From the IMG/VR virus record IMGVR_UViG_3300020037_004820: DNA of 64,000 bases; one strand, 5' to 3'. Position 1 is the stretch's first letter, and each line of letters starts with the position of its first letter. The DNA is from a virus. Taxonomy: Duplodnaviria; Caudoviricetes. The translations under genes were made by a program, and so were the position numbers. Under the pieces are notes generated by a model, which saw nothing but the letters and a program-made list of their open reading frames with translations, did no database searches and was not told the origin of the DNA. Shown piece after piece: positions 10,554-20,897 of this stretch.

Positions 10554-11404
10554 CTTCTCCAATATATAAAAATGCTACATTGCTTGATTTATTAATTCTA
10601 CATTGTAAGCAGTTAAATGCAAATTCTATTGTTTTAGTATGTAGACCAGAACAGATAGTTTATCTAAAATCAAGATATGGCGATGTTCTTTATTGGAACA
10701 GAAATGCAGAGATATATAAAACAATAACAATGTTTTATATATCTGTATCAACAAGATATTTCGGCAAATATGATTCTATTACGTTTAATCAGATCTATGG
10801 AGCACATATATTCAATAATGCAACCTTAGATTCTTTTGGAAGAGATTACGCTAATTCTTTTATACTAATTGATCCAAGATTGTTATTTGATCCTTTAACA
10901 AAAATGCAAATTTTTGAACATATTAGATCGTATTTTTATGGTTCAAAAGGAGACATGTTATTTTCAAAACAAGAAGAACGTGTTCCACATTATGCGTATT
11001 CCATATTAACAGTTGAAACGATAAAACAATTGTGGAACATATTGTCGACAACTGTGAAAAATAAACCATCTATTATAGAATTTGCCAAATTAGATTTAAA
11101 ACATTTTTATGATCAAATAAAACAACCAGAAAGAATATTTGAATTATTATTTCCAATCCATCATTTAGGACAGTGGCAAGAATACGTGGAACTTCTAAGT
11201 TCCATTCAGAATGCTTCTGAAGATGAAAGGGAACTTTTATACATGAGATGTATGTTTAATAAAACTGTTTTATCCTTTAGAAGATTTTCTTTAAACAATA
11301 TAGTAGATACTCCTTTTTCTCAAAAAATTGTGGAATTTAATAATTCCACAAAAGCATGGTCTAAAAGACGTTTAGAAATTAGGAAAAACAATGACAGAAA
11401 ATAA
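10463..11404 (+). CDS. hypothetical protein, possible divergent sugar-nucleotidyltransferase fold
   Basis: AAIIP...PIYKNATLLDLLI...SIVLV pattern. Confidence 0.3.
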   Translation: MPKKFRLIGMAAIIPTYTNISIQGDYDFAITSPIYKNATLLDLLILHCKQLNANSIVLVCRPEQIVYLKSRYGDVLYWNRNAEIYKTITMFYISVSTRYFGKYDSITFNQIYGAHIFNNATLDSFGRDYANSFILIDPRLLFDPLTKMQIFEHIRSYFYGSKGDMLFSKQEERVPHYAYSILTVETIKQLWNILSTTVKNKPSIIEFAKLDLKHFYDQIKQPERIFELLFPIHHLGQWQEYVELLSSIQNASEDERELLYMRCMFNKTVLSFRRFSLNNIVDTPFSQKIVEFNNSTKAWSKRRLEIRKNNDRK

Positions 11405-13775
11405 AATAAAACATAATTCTATTTTTCCATGGATTGATCCTAAGAAATACAGAATTGTAGGATTCGATACTGAAACACATCTTATAACAGAGGCTGAACC
11501 TATTCCGCCTTTAGTCTGTATAACGTTTAGCGAACCTCCATATATATACGGCGGCACACACGAATCAAAATTAGAGGGTGCACGTAAACTAATAGATTAT
11601 CTAGTTGATGACAATACTATTATAGTTGGACATAATGTATTTTATGATATTTCGGTTATTATTCGTTTTTTCTCTGAGTATGAACCTAAATATGAATTAG
11701 ATATTCATAAGTTTTTTTGGGCAAAAATCAGAGCTGGTAAAATACGTGATACAGGTGTTACATCTAAATTAGTAGCTATTCAAAAAGATTGGTTACGCTT
11801 CGATCCTAAAATGGGTGGACCTTCTGAGTTTTCTTTGGCTGCTTTAGTTCAAAGACATTTAGATAAGCATATGGAAGGTAAAGAAGGTGAGGATGTTTGG
11901 CGTAAGCGCTATTCAGAATTAGATGGCATACCTATTGATAAATGGGAAAAAGCTGCAATTGATTATCCTATTGATGACGCTAAATTGACGAGAGATTTGT
12001 ATGTTTATTTGATTCATAAGTATGACACGTCCACTGATGAAGTGTTCCAAGTCGAATCCTCTTGGGTTTTACATAAAATGGGAGTTTGGGGAATTGCTAC
12101 AGATGCAGAGCGTGCTAAAATATTAGATGAAAAAGTTACGCCTATTATTAAAGAATGTCAAAAAGAATTGATAAAAGAAGGCTTTTTACGTCCACCAGAG
12201 TATTCTGTTAGACGAGATTTGTTAAAAGCTGCAATATTAGAAGAATTCGGAGATCGAACACCTAAAACAGCAGGTGGCGATGTATCATTAAGTGCAAAAA
12301 TTTTCGCACAATGCAAAAACAATACGATACTAGAATATCTAAAAGCTAAGCCTTTCTTAGACGAAATTCGTGCTATAGGAAATACTTTAGGAGAATTACC
12401 TGTATCATTTCCTTTGGAACAAAAGAAAAAATTAATAAATGATTATATAGAGAAGCAGAAAAATCTCGAATATATTTGCAGCATAGGATTGGTAGATTTA
12501 GAAGAGCCTACTCAAAATAAAGAAGCAATTCGCGAAGTTATTATAGAACATTTTAGAATAGATAAAGGTAATGGAGAATATGATTATAAGGAAGTTCCTT
12601 TAACAGATGCTGCTGATAAACTAAAGTTAGAAGAATTAGTAGAAGTTCTACAAGATGTAGATAAATTGCGCAAGATGGTATCTACGGATAGAGAGACTAT
12701 TCTGCAAGTGCCTAGACTAGAAAAGCTTGCAGAAATGGGAGAATTCTACAAAATCAAAACAACTTATATCCCTGTGTTTAAACAGGGTAACGTTTTGCAT
12801 CCTCATTGGAATCCTCTCGTCGCATCTGGGCGTGTTTCTGTAGCCAATCCTAATTTGAACAATTTACCTAGAGAGCATGGGGTTAGAGAATGCTTTAAAG
12901 CTAGACCTGGATATGTGTATGTAACAGCCGATTATTCACAGGCTGAGTTATGTTCATTGTCACAGATTTGTACAGATCTATTCGGTTATTCTAGAATGGG
13001 AGAAGCTATTAAGGGTGGACAAGATTTGCACTTGTTATTAGCTTCACAAATTCTGAACATAACTTATAAAGAAGCAGAAGAGAGACATGTTGCGGCAAAA
13101 TCTAGAGATAAGAGAAATGCAACAAAAGAAGAACTTGCTCTTGATAAAGAGATCTTAGATGCAAGACAAATGGCGAAGGCCGCGAATTTTGGTTACCCTG
13201 GAGGATTGGGCCCGGATAAATTCGTTGCGTATGCATGGACCTCTTATAAAGTAAAACTAACTAGACAAGTTGCTATTGATCTTAAAGCTTTGTGGTTAGA
13301 AACGTATCCAGAAATCTCTGAGTTCTTCTCATATGTATCTGGAAAATTGGGTAGAAAAAACAGACAAGGTTGGGCAGATAAAGAATCCTCAAAATTCGAT
13401 GTTACTCAACACAGATCTGGACGAATTAGAGGAAAAGTAGGTTTTTGCGACGGATTGAATACCTTCTTTCAGGGATTGACTGCTGACGGAGCTAAATACG
13501 CAAAGAATCTAATTTCATATGAAATGCATTGTAATCCTAATTCTCCTTTATACGGTTCAAGAATAGTTGCATTCATATATGATGAAATTTTGATGGAATG
13601 CCCAGAAGACAAAGCACATGATGCTGCAATGGAACTGGTTAGATTAATGCTTGAAGGAATGAAAGTGTTTCTTCCAGATATTCCATCTAAAGTAGAGGTA
13701 GAAATGATGAGACGTTGGATAAAAGCCGCAAAAGCATTATATGTAAATGGCAAATTGGTTCCAGTTGACGCGTGA
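11391..13775 (+). CDS. polA: family A DNA polymerase with 3'-5' exonuclease
   Basis: FDTET, GHNVFYD, ADYSQAEL (motif A), RQMAKAANFGYPGG (B), IYDEI (C). Confidence 0.95.
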   Translation: MTENKIKHNSIFPWIDPKKYRIVGFDTETHLITEAEPIPPLVCITFSEPPYIYGGTHESKLEGARKLIDYLVDDNTIIVGHNVFYDISVIIRFFSEYEPKYELDIHKFFWAKIRAGKIRDTGVTSKLVAIQKDWLRFDPKMGGPSEFSLAALVQRHLDKHMEGKEGEDVWRKRYSELDGIPIDKWEKAAIDYPIDDAKLTRDLYVYLIHKYDTSTDEVFQVESSWVLHKMGVWGIATDAERAKILDEKVTPIIKECQKELIKEGFLRPPEYSVRRDLLKAAILEEFGDRTPKTAGGDVSLSAKIFAQCKNNTILEYLKAKPFLDEIRAIGNTLGELPVSFPLEQKKKLINDYIEKQKNLEYICSIGLVDLEEPTQNKEAIREVIIEHFRIDKGNGEYDYKEVPLTDAADKLKLEELVEVLQDVDKLRKMVSTDRETILQVPRLEKLAEMGEFYKIKTTYIPVFKQGNVLHPHWNPLVASGRVSVANPNLNNLPREHGVRECFKARPGYVYVTADYSQAELCSLSQICTDLFGYSRMGEAIKGGQDLHLLLASQILNITYKEAEERHVAAKSRDKRNATKEELALDKEILDARQMAKAANFGYPGGLGPDKFVAYAWTSYKVKLTRQVAIDLKALWLETYPEISEFFSYVSGKLGRKNRQGWADKESSKFDVTQHRSGRIRGKVGFCDGLNTFFQGLTADGAKYAKNLISYEMHCNPNSPLYGSRIVAFIYDEILMECPEDKAHDAAMELVRLMLEGMKVFLPDIPSKVEVEMMRRWIKAAKALYVNGKLVPVDA

Positions 13776-13842
13776 CAAGTCATAAAAGGTGCATATATGC
13801 TATATATAAAGGCCAATCCTACTGATATCTATGTTCTCTATA

Positions 13843-13887
13843 AAAACAAGAGCGAGCTGCTTATAAACAAGAGCAAGCTGCTTATAA
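13843..13887 (+). repeat. 21-bp imperfect tandem repeat (aaacaagagc[g/a]agctgcttat x2)
   Basis: Read directly. Confidence 0.8.
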
Positions 13888-14202
13888 AGCATGGAAAAAA
13901 TCCATTAAATACGAAAAAACATGTGAGTGTAAATAATGAAGAGATATTTAAGCCATTTAAGTCCTGGCGATTTTTTTCTACATAGTGGGAAAGTCTGGAT
14001 AAAATCCGAACTTATTACAAATGAAAGTTATCAAACACAGGAATATTATATATTAGGACAGTTTTCTCCTCATGTGGAATTCATATATGAAGCGCATTTT
14101 GCGTGCTTAGATTTATTAAGTGGAAATGTTAGATCTTTTTCACAAACCATGCTTGTTGAAACAGTAGCCGTAGATTTGACCATTCACCAATAAGGATTAC
14201 GA

Positions 14203-14700
14203 ATGAAAGTAACTATAACAAGACTTAGAGAACTTGCTAAAATTCCGTTTAAGAAGCATGTAAATGATGCAGGATATGATTTATATTGGGCACCAAGTAA
14301 TACACATGAAACATCCCCATTAATTCAATGGGAGGGAAAATCCTATTTTCATGCAATTATGATACCTGCGCATTCTTCTAGAAGGTTTGAAACTGGATTA
14401 AAAGTTAATTTTCCACATGGACATTGCTTAGAGATTAAAAATAGATCGGGCATAGCATCCAAAAAAGATTTAATAGTTGGAGCATGTATAGTAGATTCCA
14501 CTTATACGGGCGAAATATTCATAGATTTACATAATGTTTCAGCTCAACCTCAGATTGTTGAAATAGGAGAACGAATTGCTCAATTCGTTATTTATGAGGT
14601 ACAAAATTGTATATTTGAGGAAGTTACATCTGACCAATATACTGAATTGTTCCCATCAGATCGTGGCGAAAACGGTTTTGGTTCAACAGGAGTAAAATAA
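14203..14700 (+). CDS. dut: dUTPase
   Basis: DAGYDL, RSG, IVDSTYTGEI, RIAQ, RGENGFGSTG. Confidence 0.95.
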   Translation: MKVTITRLRELAKIPFKKHVNDAGYDLYWAPSNTHETSPLIQWEGKSYFHAIMIPAHSSRRFETGLKVNFPHGHCLEIKNRSGIASKKDLIVGACIVDSTYTGEIFIDLHNVSAQPQIVEIGERIAQFVIYEVQNCIFEEVTSDQYTELFPSDRGENGFGSTGVK

Positions 14701-15177
14701 TGAGTGAAAAAAAATTGTTTGTTGTTTCTAGAAAGGTTAGATCTATTGTTTTAGCAGAAAATATACAAGATGCGTGTCATGTTGCTAGTCAGAATGCTGC
14801 GGATATAATGGAAGAAGCGGATAGAGATCCACTATATTCATGGCATGCATTTCCATGTAAAAAATTACTCGATAATTGGTGTGAAAGATCTTTACCTTGG
14901 GCATCTCTAGATGAAGAATCAGAAGAACTGCCCTGTAGTCATTACTTGAATAAGGAAGCATAATGAGTTACGAATTGAACGCATTGCATAATATTTCGAA
15001 TGAAATAGAGAAGCAAACCAAAAATCAAGAAAAGATAATTGATCTTCTTCAACAGCTTATTACAATGGTTGCAGCTTCTGCAATTTCAAGTCCTCTTGAT
15101 TCTGTTGGAAACTACGAAAGAATGAATGCTGCAAACTACGCAGAACGTCATTTTACTAAGAACAAATAAGGAATACT

Positions 15178-16233
15178 ATGAGAATAATAGAAAAAGAAGC
15201 ATTAGCATTTAATGACATCATTATTCCCCCAAGCTACTCTCCTTTAATATCTAGATCAGAAATAAGTTTAAATTCTAAACTTTATACACGTTCTGACGTG
15301 TGTTATGAATTTAAACTTCCACTTATTTCTGCTCCAATGGATTCTGTTACTGGAGCAGAAATGTGTTATTGGATGTGGAAAAACGGAGGATTAGGCATAT
15401 TGCACCGTTTTTGCTCAATTGACGAGCAAGTAGAAATGGTCAAGGCCATCAAAGCGCTCGATCAAAACGCTATAATAGGCGCAGCTATTGGTGCAAATGG
15501 AGATTATCTAGAACGTGCCAAGGCACTAGAAGAGGCAGGTATTCACATCATTTGCGTAGATATAGCACATGGGCACAGTATAACGATGAAAAAAGCATTA
15601 AAAGCGCTTTTGCCCATCTTATCTAAAGATATACATATAATGGCGGGAAATATTGCAACGAGAGAAGCAATGACTGATTCTATGGAATGGGGAGCAAATT
15701 CTGTCCGTGTAGGTATAGGTTCAGGTGCAGCTTGTTCTACATCTATTCAAACTGGACATGGTTTACCTTTATTACAGTGTCTGCTAGATGTTTGCGAAGG
15801 AGGAGTTCCTCATAATTTTACAGTTATAGCAGATGGTGGAATAAAGAAAGGAGCAGATGCTGTTAAATCATTTGCGGCTGGCGCAGATTTCTGTATGATG
15901 GGGTCTTTGCTTGCAGGAACAAAAGCATCTCCTGGTGAAATTGTAGAATTAGAAGATGGTAGAATGATGAAATCTTATAGAGGATCAGCTTCCATGGCGG
16001 TACAAAAGGCAACAGGGAAAAAGAAGATATATGAAGAAGGTGTTTCTGCCCTAGTTAGGTATACTGGAAAGATAGAAAACATTCTAGAAAAACTTGAAAA
16101 TGGGATACGCTCAGGATTGTCTTATTCTGGAGCAAAAGATCTTAAAACTTTTAGAGAAAAAGTAGTTGCGCGTAGAATCACAAACGAAGCATATACACAA
16201 GCAACTCCTCATGTATTAGGAAAATCTGTATGA
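15178..16233 (+). CDS. guaB: IMP dehydrogenase / GMP reductase (no CBS domains)
   Basis: SAPMDSV, DIAHGHS, GIGSGAACST, IADGGI, YRGSAS, EGV. Confidence 0.85.
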   Translation: MRIIEKEALAFNDIIIPPSYSPLISRSEISLNSKLYTRSDVCYEFKLPLISAPMDSVTGAEMCYWMWKNGGLGILHRFCSIDEQVEMVKAIKALDQNAIIGAAIGANGDYLERAKALEEAGIHIICVDIAHGHSITMKKALKALLPILSKDIHIMAGNIATREAMTDSMEWGANSVRVGIGSGAACSTSIQTGHGLPLLQCLLDVCEGGVPHNFTVIADGGIKKGADAVKSFAAGADFCMMGSLLAGTKASPGEIVELEDGRMMKSYRGSASMAVQKATGKKKIYEEGVSALVRYTGKIENILEKLENGIRSGLSYSGAKDLKTFREKVVARRITNEAYTQATPHVLGKSV

Positions 16234-16439
16234 ACATAGAGCAATTACAAGAAATAATAGATGGTTTGTATATCATCTGTGAGGACTGCGAAGGCTCAGG
16301 GAAAGATTCTTATTACAAAAGTGATAAATATCCACCGCCTTGTTATAGATGCTCAGGTGAAGGTAAAACAGTCTCTGAGTTTGGACAACAATTAATGAAA
16401 TTTATTCAGGATAATATAAAGATACGTATATCTACATAA
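16230..16439 (+). CDS. small DnaJ-type zinc-finger protein
   Basis: CEDCEGSG and CYRCSGEG. Confidence 0.6.
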   Translation: MNIEQLQEIIDGLYIICEDCEGSGKDSYYKSDKYPPPCYRCSGEGKTVSEFGQQLMKFIQDNIKIRIST

Positions 16440-16440
16440 T

Positions 16441-16887
16441 ATGAAAAAGAAAACTTATTTAGACAGACATTATGAAAACTCTAAAAAAATTCTTCAAGAA
16501 AATGGAGAAAATTTAGATAAATTACTTGCATCCTATAAGAGACGATTAGAATACAGAAGACTTGTTAAAGAAAGAAAACAGAACTTAACTTTTAAAGTTA
16601 AAGTTAATTTAGAGACATATTTTAGATATAAAATGGTTGCAATTTCGGAAGATATGGCTTCTAAAGCTCTTTTAGAAGCTTTTATGAATTATTTTGTAGA
16701 GGGTGATGAGGAATTAGAAAGTTTGATAGATAAATTGTCTAATTACCATACAAAGTCTATATATATATCTACTCTTCAGAAAAAGAAAAAATTAGCTTTG
16801 ATAAATAACCTAAATAAAATACACAAAATATCTACAGATTGGTGGAGAAAATATACGGATCTTAATAATGAAGAATTCGACTTTTAA
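16441..16887 (+). CDS. hypothetical protein, possible ribbon-helix-helix
   Basis: LTFKVKVNLETYFRYK...KALLEAFMNYF. Confidence 0.4.
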   Translation: MKKKTYLDRHYENSKKILQENGENLDKLLASYKRRLEYRRLVKERKQNLTFKVKVNLETYFRYKMVAISEDMASKALLEAFMNYFVEGDEELESLIDKLSNYHTKSIYISTLQKKKKLALINNLNKIHKISTDWWRKYTDLNNEEFDF

Positions 16888-16929
16888 AAGAAGACTCACT
16901 ATTTATTTGTATGTTATGGAGAAATAAAA

Positions 16930-17613
16930 ATGTCTAAACAACCCTTACTAACCGAAGCTACACAAAAGAGATTACTTTTGTTAGCCGGTATGTCTCATTA
17001 TTCCGATGAAGTTCTAACAGAAAGCAAAAACGGTATACCTGCTGAACCCGATTATACTGGTGGTGAAAAGGCATTAAAGCCGGCCCCAGGTGCTAAGAAA
17101 ACAGAAGGCGCAAAAGAACCAAAAGACGACAAGAAAAAGCTTAACGAGGAAATTCCTCAAGATGATTCTATGGCGCCTGCTCCAGTTTCTCCATCACCAG
17201 AAGTTCCACCGCCAGCACCATCCCCATTAGAAGGAGCACCCGCAGCTCCAGGTAATTCTGCAAATGTTGATTTAAAGAAATTTGCTCAAGAATTTGCAAG
17301 TTTTCTAAAATCTCAAGGTCATGAAATTACATTCACCGTAGATGGCGAAGATGTTTCACAAGATATCGGAGCAACCGAAGATGAATTTGGTGAAGTTGAA
17401 CCAGAGCCAGGATTTGGTGAAGAACCTTCTCCAGAAGCTGCACCAGAACCTTCTCCAGAAGCTGCACCAGAACCTCCCGAGGCAGAACCTAAATTAGAAT
17501 CAAAAGAAAGAAAAGTTGCAAGACTTGTATACGAAGAAGTTCTACGCTCACTTACCTCAAATGTTGGAAAAAAGGCAAGTAAAGTGCAAGTAAAAATCGC
17601 TCCAAAGAAATAA
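16930..17613 (+). CDS. acidic Pro/Glu-rich low-complexity protein (possibly structural/scaffold)
   Basis: EPSPEAAP repeats; ACTATTTAT motif upstream and terminator downstream. Confidence 0.55.
   Translation: MSKQPLLTEATQKRLLLLAGMSHYSDEVLTESKNGIPAEPDYTGGEKALKPAPGAKKTEGAKEPKDDKKKLNEEIPQDDSMAPAPVSPSPEVPPPAPSPLEGAPAAPGNSANVDLKKFAQEFASFLKSQGHEITFTVDGEDVSQDIGATEDEFGEVEPEPGFGEEPSPEAAPEPSPEAAPEPPEAEPKLESKERKVARLVYEEVLRSLTSNVGKKASKVQVKIAPKK
17420..17476 (+). repeat. 24-bp coding tandem repeat (agaaccttctccagaagctgcacc)
   Basis: Read directly. Confidence 0.85.
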
Positions 17614-17641
17614 GCTGTAATGACAAAACTCTAAGAGAATG

Positions 17642-17676
17642 AAAAAAATCCCCTGTGTTTAAGGGGATTTTTTTTT
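17642..17676 (+). terminator. intrinsic terminator
   Basis: aaaaaaatcccc-loop-ggggattttttttt. Confidence 0.8.
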
Positions 17677-17688
17677 GAGGGCAGAACT

Positions 17689-18294
17689 ATGAAAAAACCC
17701 GAAGTTACTAAAGAAGCTGAGCATCTTGAAAAAGAGCTATTAGATCGCCTTACAAAAGGAAAATCAATTGATACAAACTTATACTTATTTGGAGAGGTTA
17801 ATGGAAAATCTTCCCTCGATTTAATTGCAACCATTTTTGATGTTGCAAACGAACTTGTAGAAAATGCTGTACCTCATCCGTGTATTACAATATATGTAAA
17901 TACAGAAGGCGGTGAGATTTACGAAATGTATGCAATTCAAGATGTTATAGAATTTGTTCAAAAACAAGGAATTGTGGTACAAACTGTAGGAATGGGGCAA
18001 GTAATGTCTGCTGGACTAATCTTGTTAGCTTGTGGAACTAAAGGTCAAAGATTCTTAGGTAAAAGAACCAGATTAATGTTCCATGAAGTCTCAAACGGAG
18101 TTTCAGGAACATTTGATCATATAAAAACAGAGTTTTCAGAAACTCAATATCTTCAAGATCAATACATTGATACAATTGTTAAATTAAGTAAAAAAAGTAA
18201 AACTTTCTATAAAAAACTTTTGGATAAAAAAAATAACCAATATTTTACAGCAGAGGAAGCTATATCCTGGGGATTAGCAGATAAATTACTCTAA
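17689..18294 (+). CDS. clpP: ClpP-like protease subunit
   Basis: YVNTEGG, MSAG (Ser), MFHE (His), TAEEAISWGLAD. Confidence 0.85.
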   Translation: MKKPEVTKEAEHLEKELLDRLTKGKSIDTNLYLFGEVNGKSSLDLIATIFDVANELVENAVPHPCITIYVNTEGGEIYEMYAIQDVIEFVQKQGIVVQTVGMGQVMSAGLILLACGTKGQRFLGKRTRLMFHEVSNGVSGTFDHIKTEFSETQYLQDQYIDTIVKLSKKSKTFYKKLLDKKNNQYFTAEEAISWGLADKLL

Positions 18295-18398
18295 TAAGTA
18301 TTTAAATGACAGATAGTATTTAGGGTCTATTACATATGATAGAGACGTATAGCTTTAGAGCTAAATGATATTTTCGAATATCATAGGGAATTAAAATA

Positions 18399-19763
18399 AT
18401 GACTAAAAACAAATCAAGCGAAAAAAGACATAATGAAATATGGTCAAAGCAACGAATAGCTAAAGCCGTACAGATTTTATCTCAAGTTTCCTCTGTAGAA
18501 GAAGCTGCGACAATCTTAGGAATCACGTCCAGATCATTACGTCGCGGATTTTCAAATGCAGGTATGTTACAACCGGCATCTTATCTGCCCTATAATGCAG
18601 AGTTGTCTAAAGCAAAAAAAGAAAAAATTGTCGAACATTACTCAGATGTTGGCGGTGGATTAACCGCACCAGAAATTGCGATTAAAGAAAAGATACCGCT
18701 GGACGATGTTCAGAAATTTATAAAAGAAAAGAAGTTGACACATAAATCGTTACCTACAATAGATTCTTCACTATTAGATTCTGAAAAAATGAAGAAATCT
18801 ATAGAAATAAGAGAATATAAGCTTAAAGATAAGCTTACAGTTATGGAAGAAGAACGTATTCGATCAGATGCTGCTAAATGGCAAAATTGGAAGCAAAATA
18901 TTGGAAATGCTTTATTTAAATTATTGGAAAAAAGTATTCCAAAATATTCTGTTGAAAAAATAGAAGTTGAACCTTCTAAACCCTTTATAGCAGTTTTATC
19001 TATTCAAGATTTCCACTTAGGAAGATTTGCTTCTAAATTAGAAGTTGGAAAAGATACTAATATTGAAACTCAAAAGAGACACATTATTGAATGTGTAAAA
19101 GATCTTATAAATCAATTAGCTAAATTCGGTAGACCAGAAAAAATCCTCCTAAGTATCGGAGGAGACTTTGCCAACTCTGATAATGCTAAATTGACTACAA
19201 CAAATGGAACTGCACAAGATTCTATACCTTCTCATACATTGATTCAAGTTGAATCTTCAATGCTTTCTGTTCAATTAGTTGATTTATTGAGACAAGCTGC
19301 CGATGTAGTAGAATTGGTCCCAACAGGTGGAAATCATGATAAAGATACATCAGTATCTCAATTTCTATTTACATCAGCATGGTTCAAAGATTGTCCAGAC
19401 GTGATCACCTTCTTCGACACCGAAGGTCAAACATTAGCAGGGCGCCAATACCGTCAATATGGGGCTAATCTCATAGCCTTTGCCCATGGTGACGGCGCTA
19501 AGATCAAGAATATGCCTACAATCATCGCAAATGAGGCTAGAGAGCTTTGGGGCGTGACCAAGCATACAACTGTATTAACTGGGCATCATCATTATAGAAT
19601 TTCACAAGATTTATTCGGAATGCAACATGTGCAAGTTCCTTCTCTAGCTTTGGATGACAGATGGAGCTATAGTAAAGGTTTCCAAAATGAAAAAGGTCTA
19701 ACCATAGTGCTTCTTGATAAAGAAAAAGGATATATGGCTGAGATTATGGCGCACTCTGTATAA
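18399..19763 (+). CDS. N-terminal HTH plus metallophosphoesterase (nuclease-like)
   Basis: QDFHLG, GGD, GGNHD, AHGD, TGHHH. Confidence 0.75.
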   Translation: MTKNKSSEKRHNEIWSKQRIAKAVQILSQVSSVEEAATILGITSRSLRRGFSNAGMLQPASYLPYNAELSKAKKEKIVEHYSDVGGGLTAPEIAIKEKIPLDDVQKFIKEKKLTHKSLPTIDSSLLDSEKMKKSIEIREYKLKDKLTVMEEERIRSDAAKWQNWKQNIGNALFKLLEKSIPKYSVEKIEVEPSKPFIAVLSIQDFHLGRFASKLEVGKDTNIETQKRHIIECVKDLINQLAKFGRPEKILLSIGGDFANSDNAKLTTTNGTAQDSIPSHTLIQVESSMLSVQLVDLLRQAADVVELVPTGGNHDKDTSVSQFLFTSAWFKDCPDVITFFDTEGQTLAGRQYRQYGANLIAFAHGDGAKIKNMPTIIANEARELWGVTKHTTVLTGHHHYRISQDLFGMQHVQVPSLALDDRWSYSKGFQNEKGLTIVLLDKEKGYMAEIMAHSV

Positions 19764-19786
19764 TTACTACAGTTGGAGATTCACCT

Positions 19787-20149
19787 ATGGCCGATAATAT
19801 ACAAGCTATTTTTAGTAACGAAGTTAATCCTTCTTCCAAACAAGATTATCTTAATACATTATTTTCTAAATATTTAATACCTAAATTGGGAATGTTTAGA
19901 GAAGTAAAAGAAGATATTTATGATAGATTTAGAAAAACAGGGACAACAACTAAAGCTAGATGGCATGATAGACATAATAATGCATTTTCATTAAAATGTT
20001 TTAATCATGGTCCATGGTTTTTAGTTGTTTATCGACCAAACTCTGTAGAATACGGAAAAGAAGATGATACAATAAAATATTATGAAATTCCTCAGTTCGA
20101 ACAAATGGTTGATCAAATGGTCTTAACAGAAAGAGAATTATTTGGATGA
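19787..20149 (+). CDS. hypothetical protein
   Basis: GGAG RBS, operon position. Confidence 0.6.
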   Translation: MADNIQAIFSNEVNPSSKQDYLNTLFSKYLIPKLGMFREVKEDIYDRFRKTGTTTKARWHDRHNNAFSLKCFNHGPWFLVVYRPNSVEYGKEDDTIKYYEIPQFEQMVDQMVLTERELFG

Positions 20150-20889
20150 TAACAAAAGAAATAAAAGAGAAATATTTAAAAGAATTACTTGCTGGTACAA
20201 TAAAACATCTTCTTGAAAAAGAAGAGTTATCAGAAGCAGAAGAATTGTTTCTAAATGAATTAGATGCTCGTGGTATTGATCGTCAGATCTCTACTCAACG
20301 AGCATCTAACTTTAAAAATTACAACAAACACGTAACTGATTTGGTCACAAAAGGCATATCTCCTGAATTTGTTGATTTTAATAACGGTATAGCTACATTT
20401 ACTATACCGTCTTCTAAAGAGTTCAGTTCTGATCCTGATGCTCCAAAAGAATATGAATTGGCTATTCGTTTTTACGAATGGAACAAATTCTTTGATGATC
20501 CAATGCTTCCTATGTTTAGAAGAGTTGATCGTTTGTTAAAAGGTAACTTAGGTATTGCTTGCGGTTGTCCATCTTTTAGATACCATTTTGGTTATCAAAC
20601 TTATCTAAAAGGATCGGATGTTTATGATTCTGAAAATTCTCATCTATCAATTAAAGATCCTGCGCTCTTGACAAATCCTAAAAACGTGGGTATAGGATGT
20701 AAACATCTCATCAGATTGATGAATCCTTATAACTACAGACTATATATTGGACCAATGGTTATGAAAGCTATAGCAGAAAAGTTACCAAATAATGGTAAAT
20801 CTAAACAAGAAACTTTGCCATCTGCTCCAGCTTCTAAACAGAACGTATATCCTAGTTATAAATTGCCTAGAGAATTGAAACCACAATAA
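20146..20889 (+). CDS. SWIM zinc-finger protein
   Basis: CGCPSF ... GCKHL. Confidence 0.7.
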   Translation: MITKEIKEKYLKELLAGTIKHLLEKEELSEAEELFLNELDARGIDRQISTQRASNFKNYNKHVTDLVTKGISPEFVDFNNGIATFTIPSSKEFSSDPDAPKEYELAIRFYEWNKFFDDPMLPMFRRVDRLLKGNLGIACGCPSFRYHFGYQTYLKGSDVYDSENSHLSIKDPALLTNPKNVGIGCKHLIRLMNPYNYRLYIGPMVMKAIAEKLPNNGKSKQETLPSAPASKQNVYPSYKLPRELKPQ

Positions 20890-20897
20890 GGAGAAAT

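Noticed and set aside
11391-13775. Intein in the long central region of the DNA polymerase
   Set aside because: No C/S...HN-C/S/T splice motifs or LAGLIDADG blocks visible
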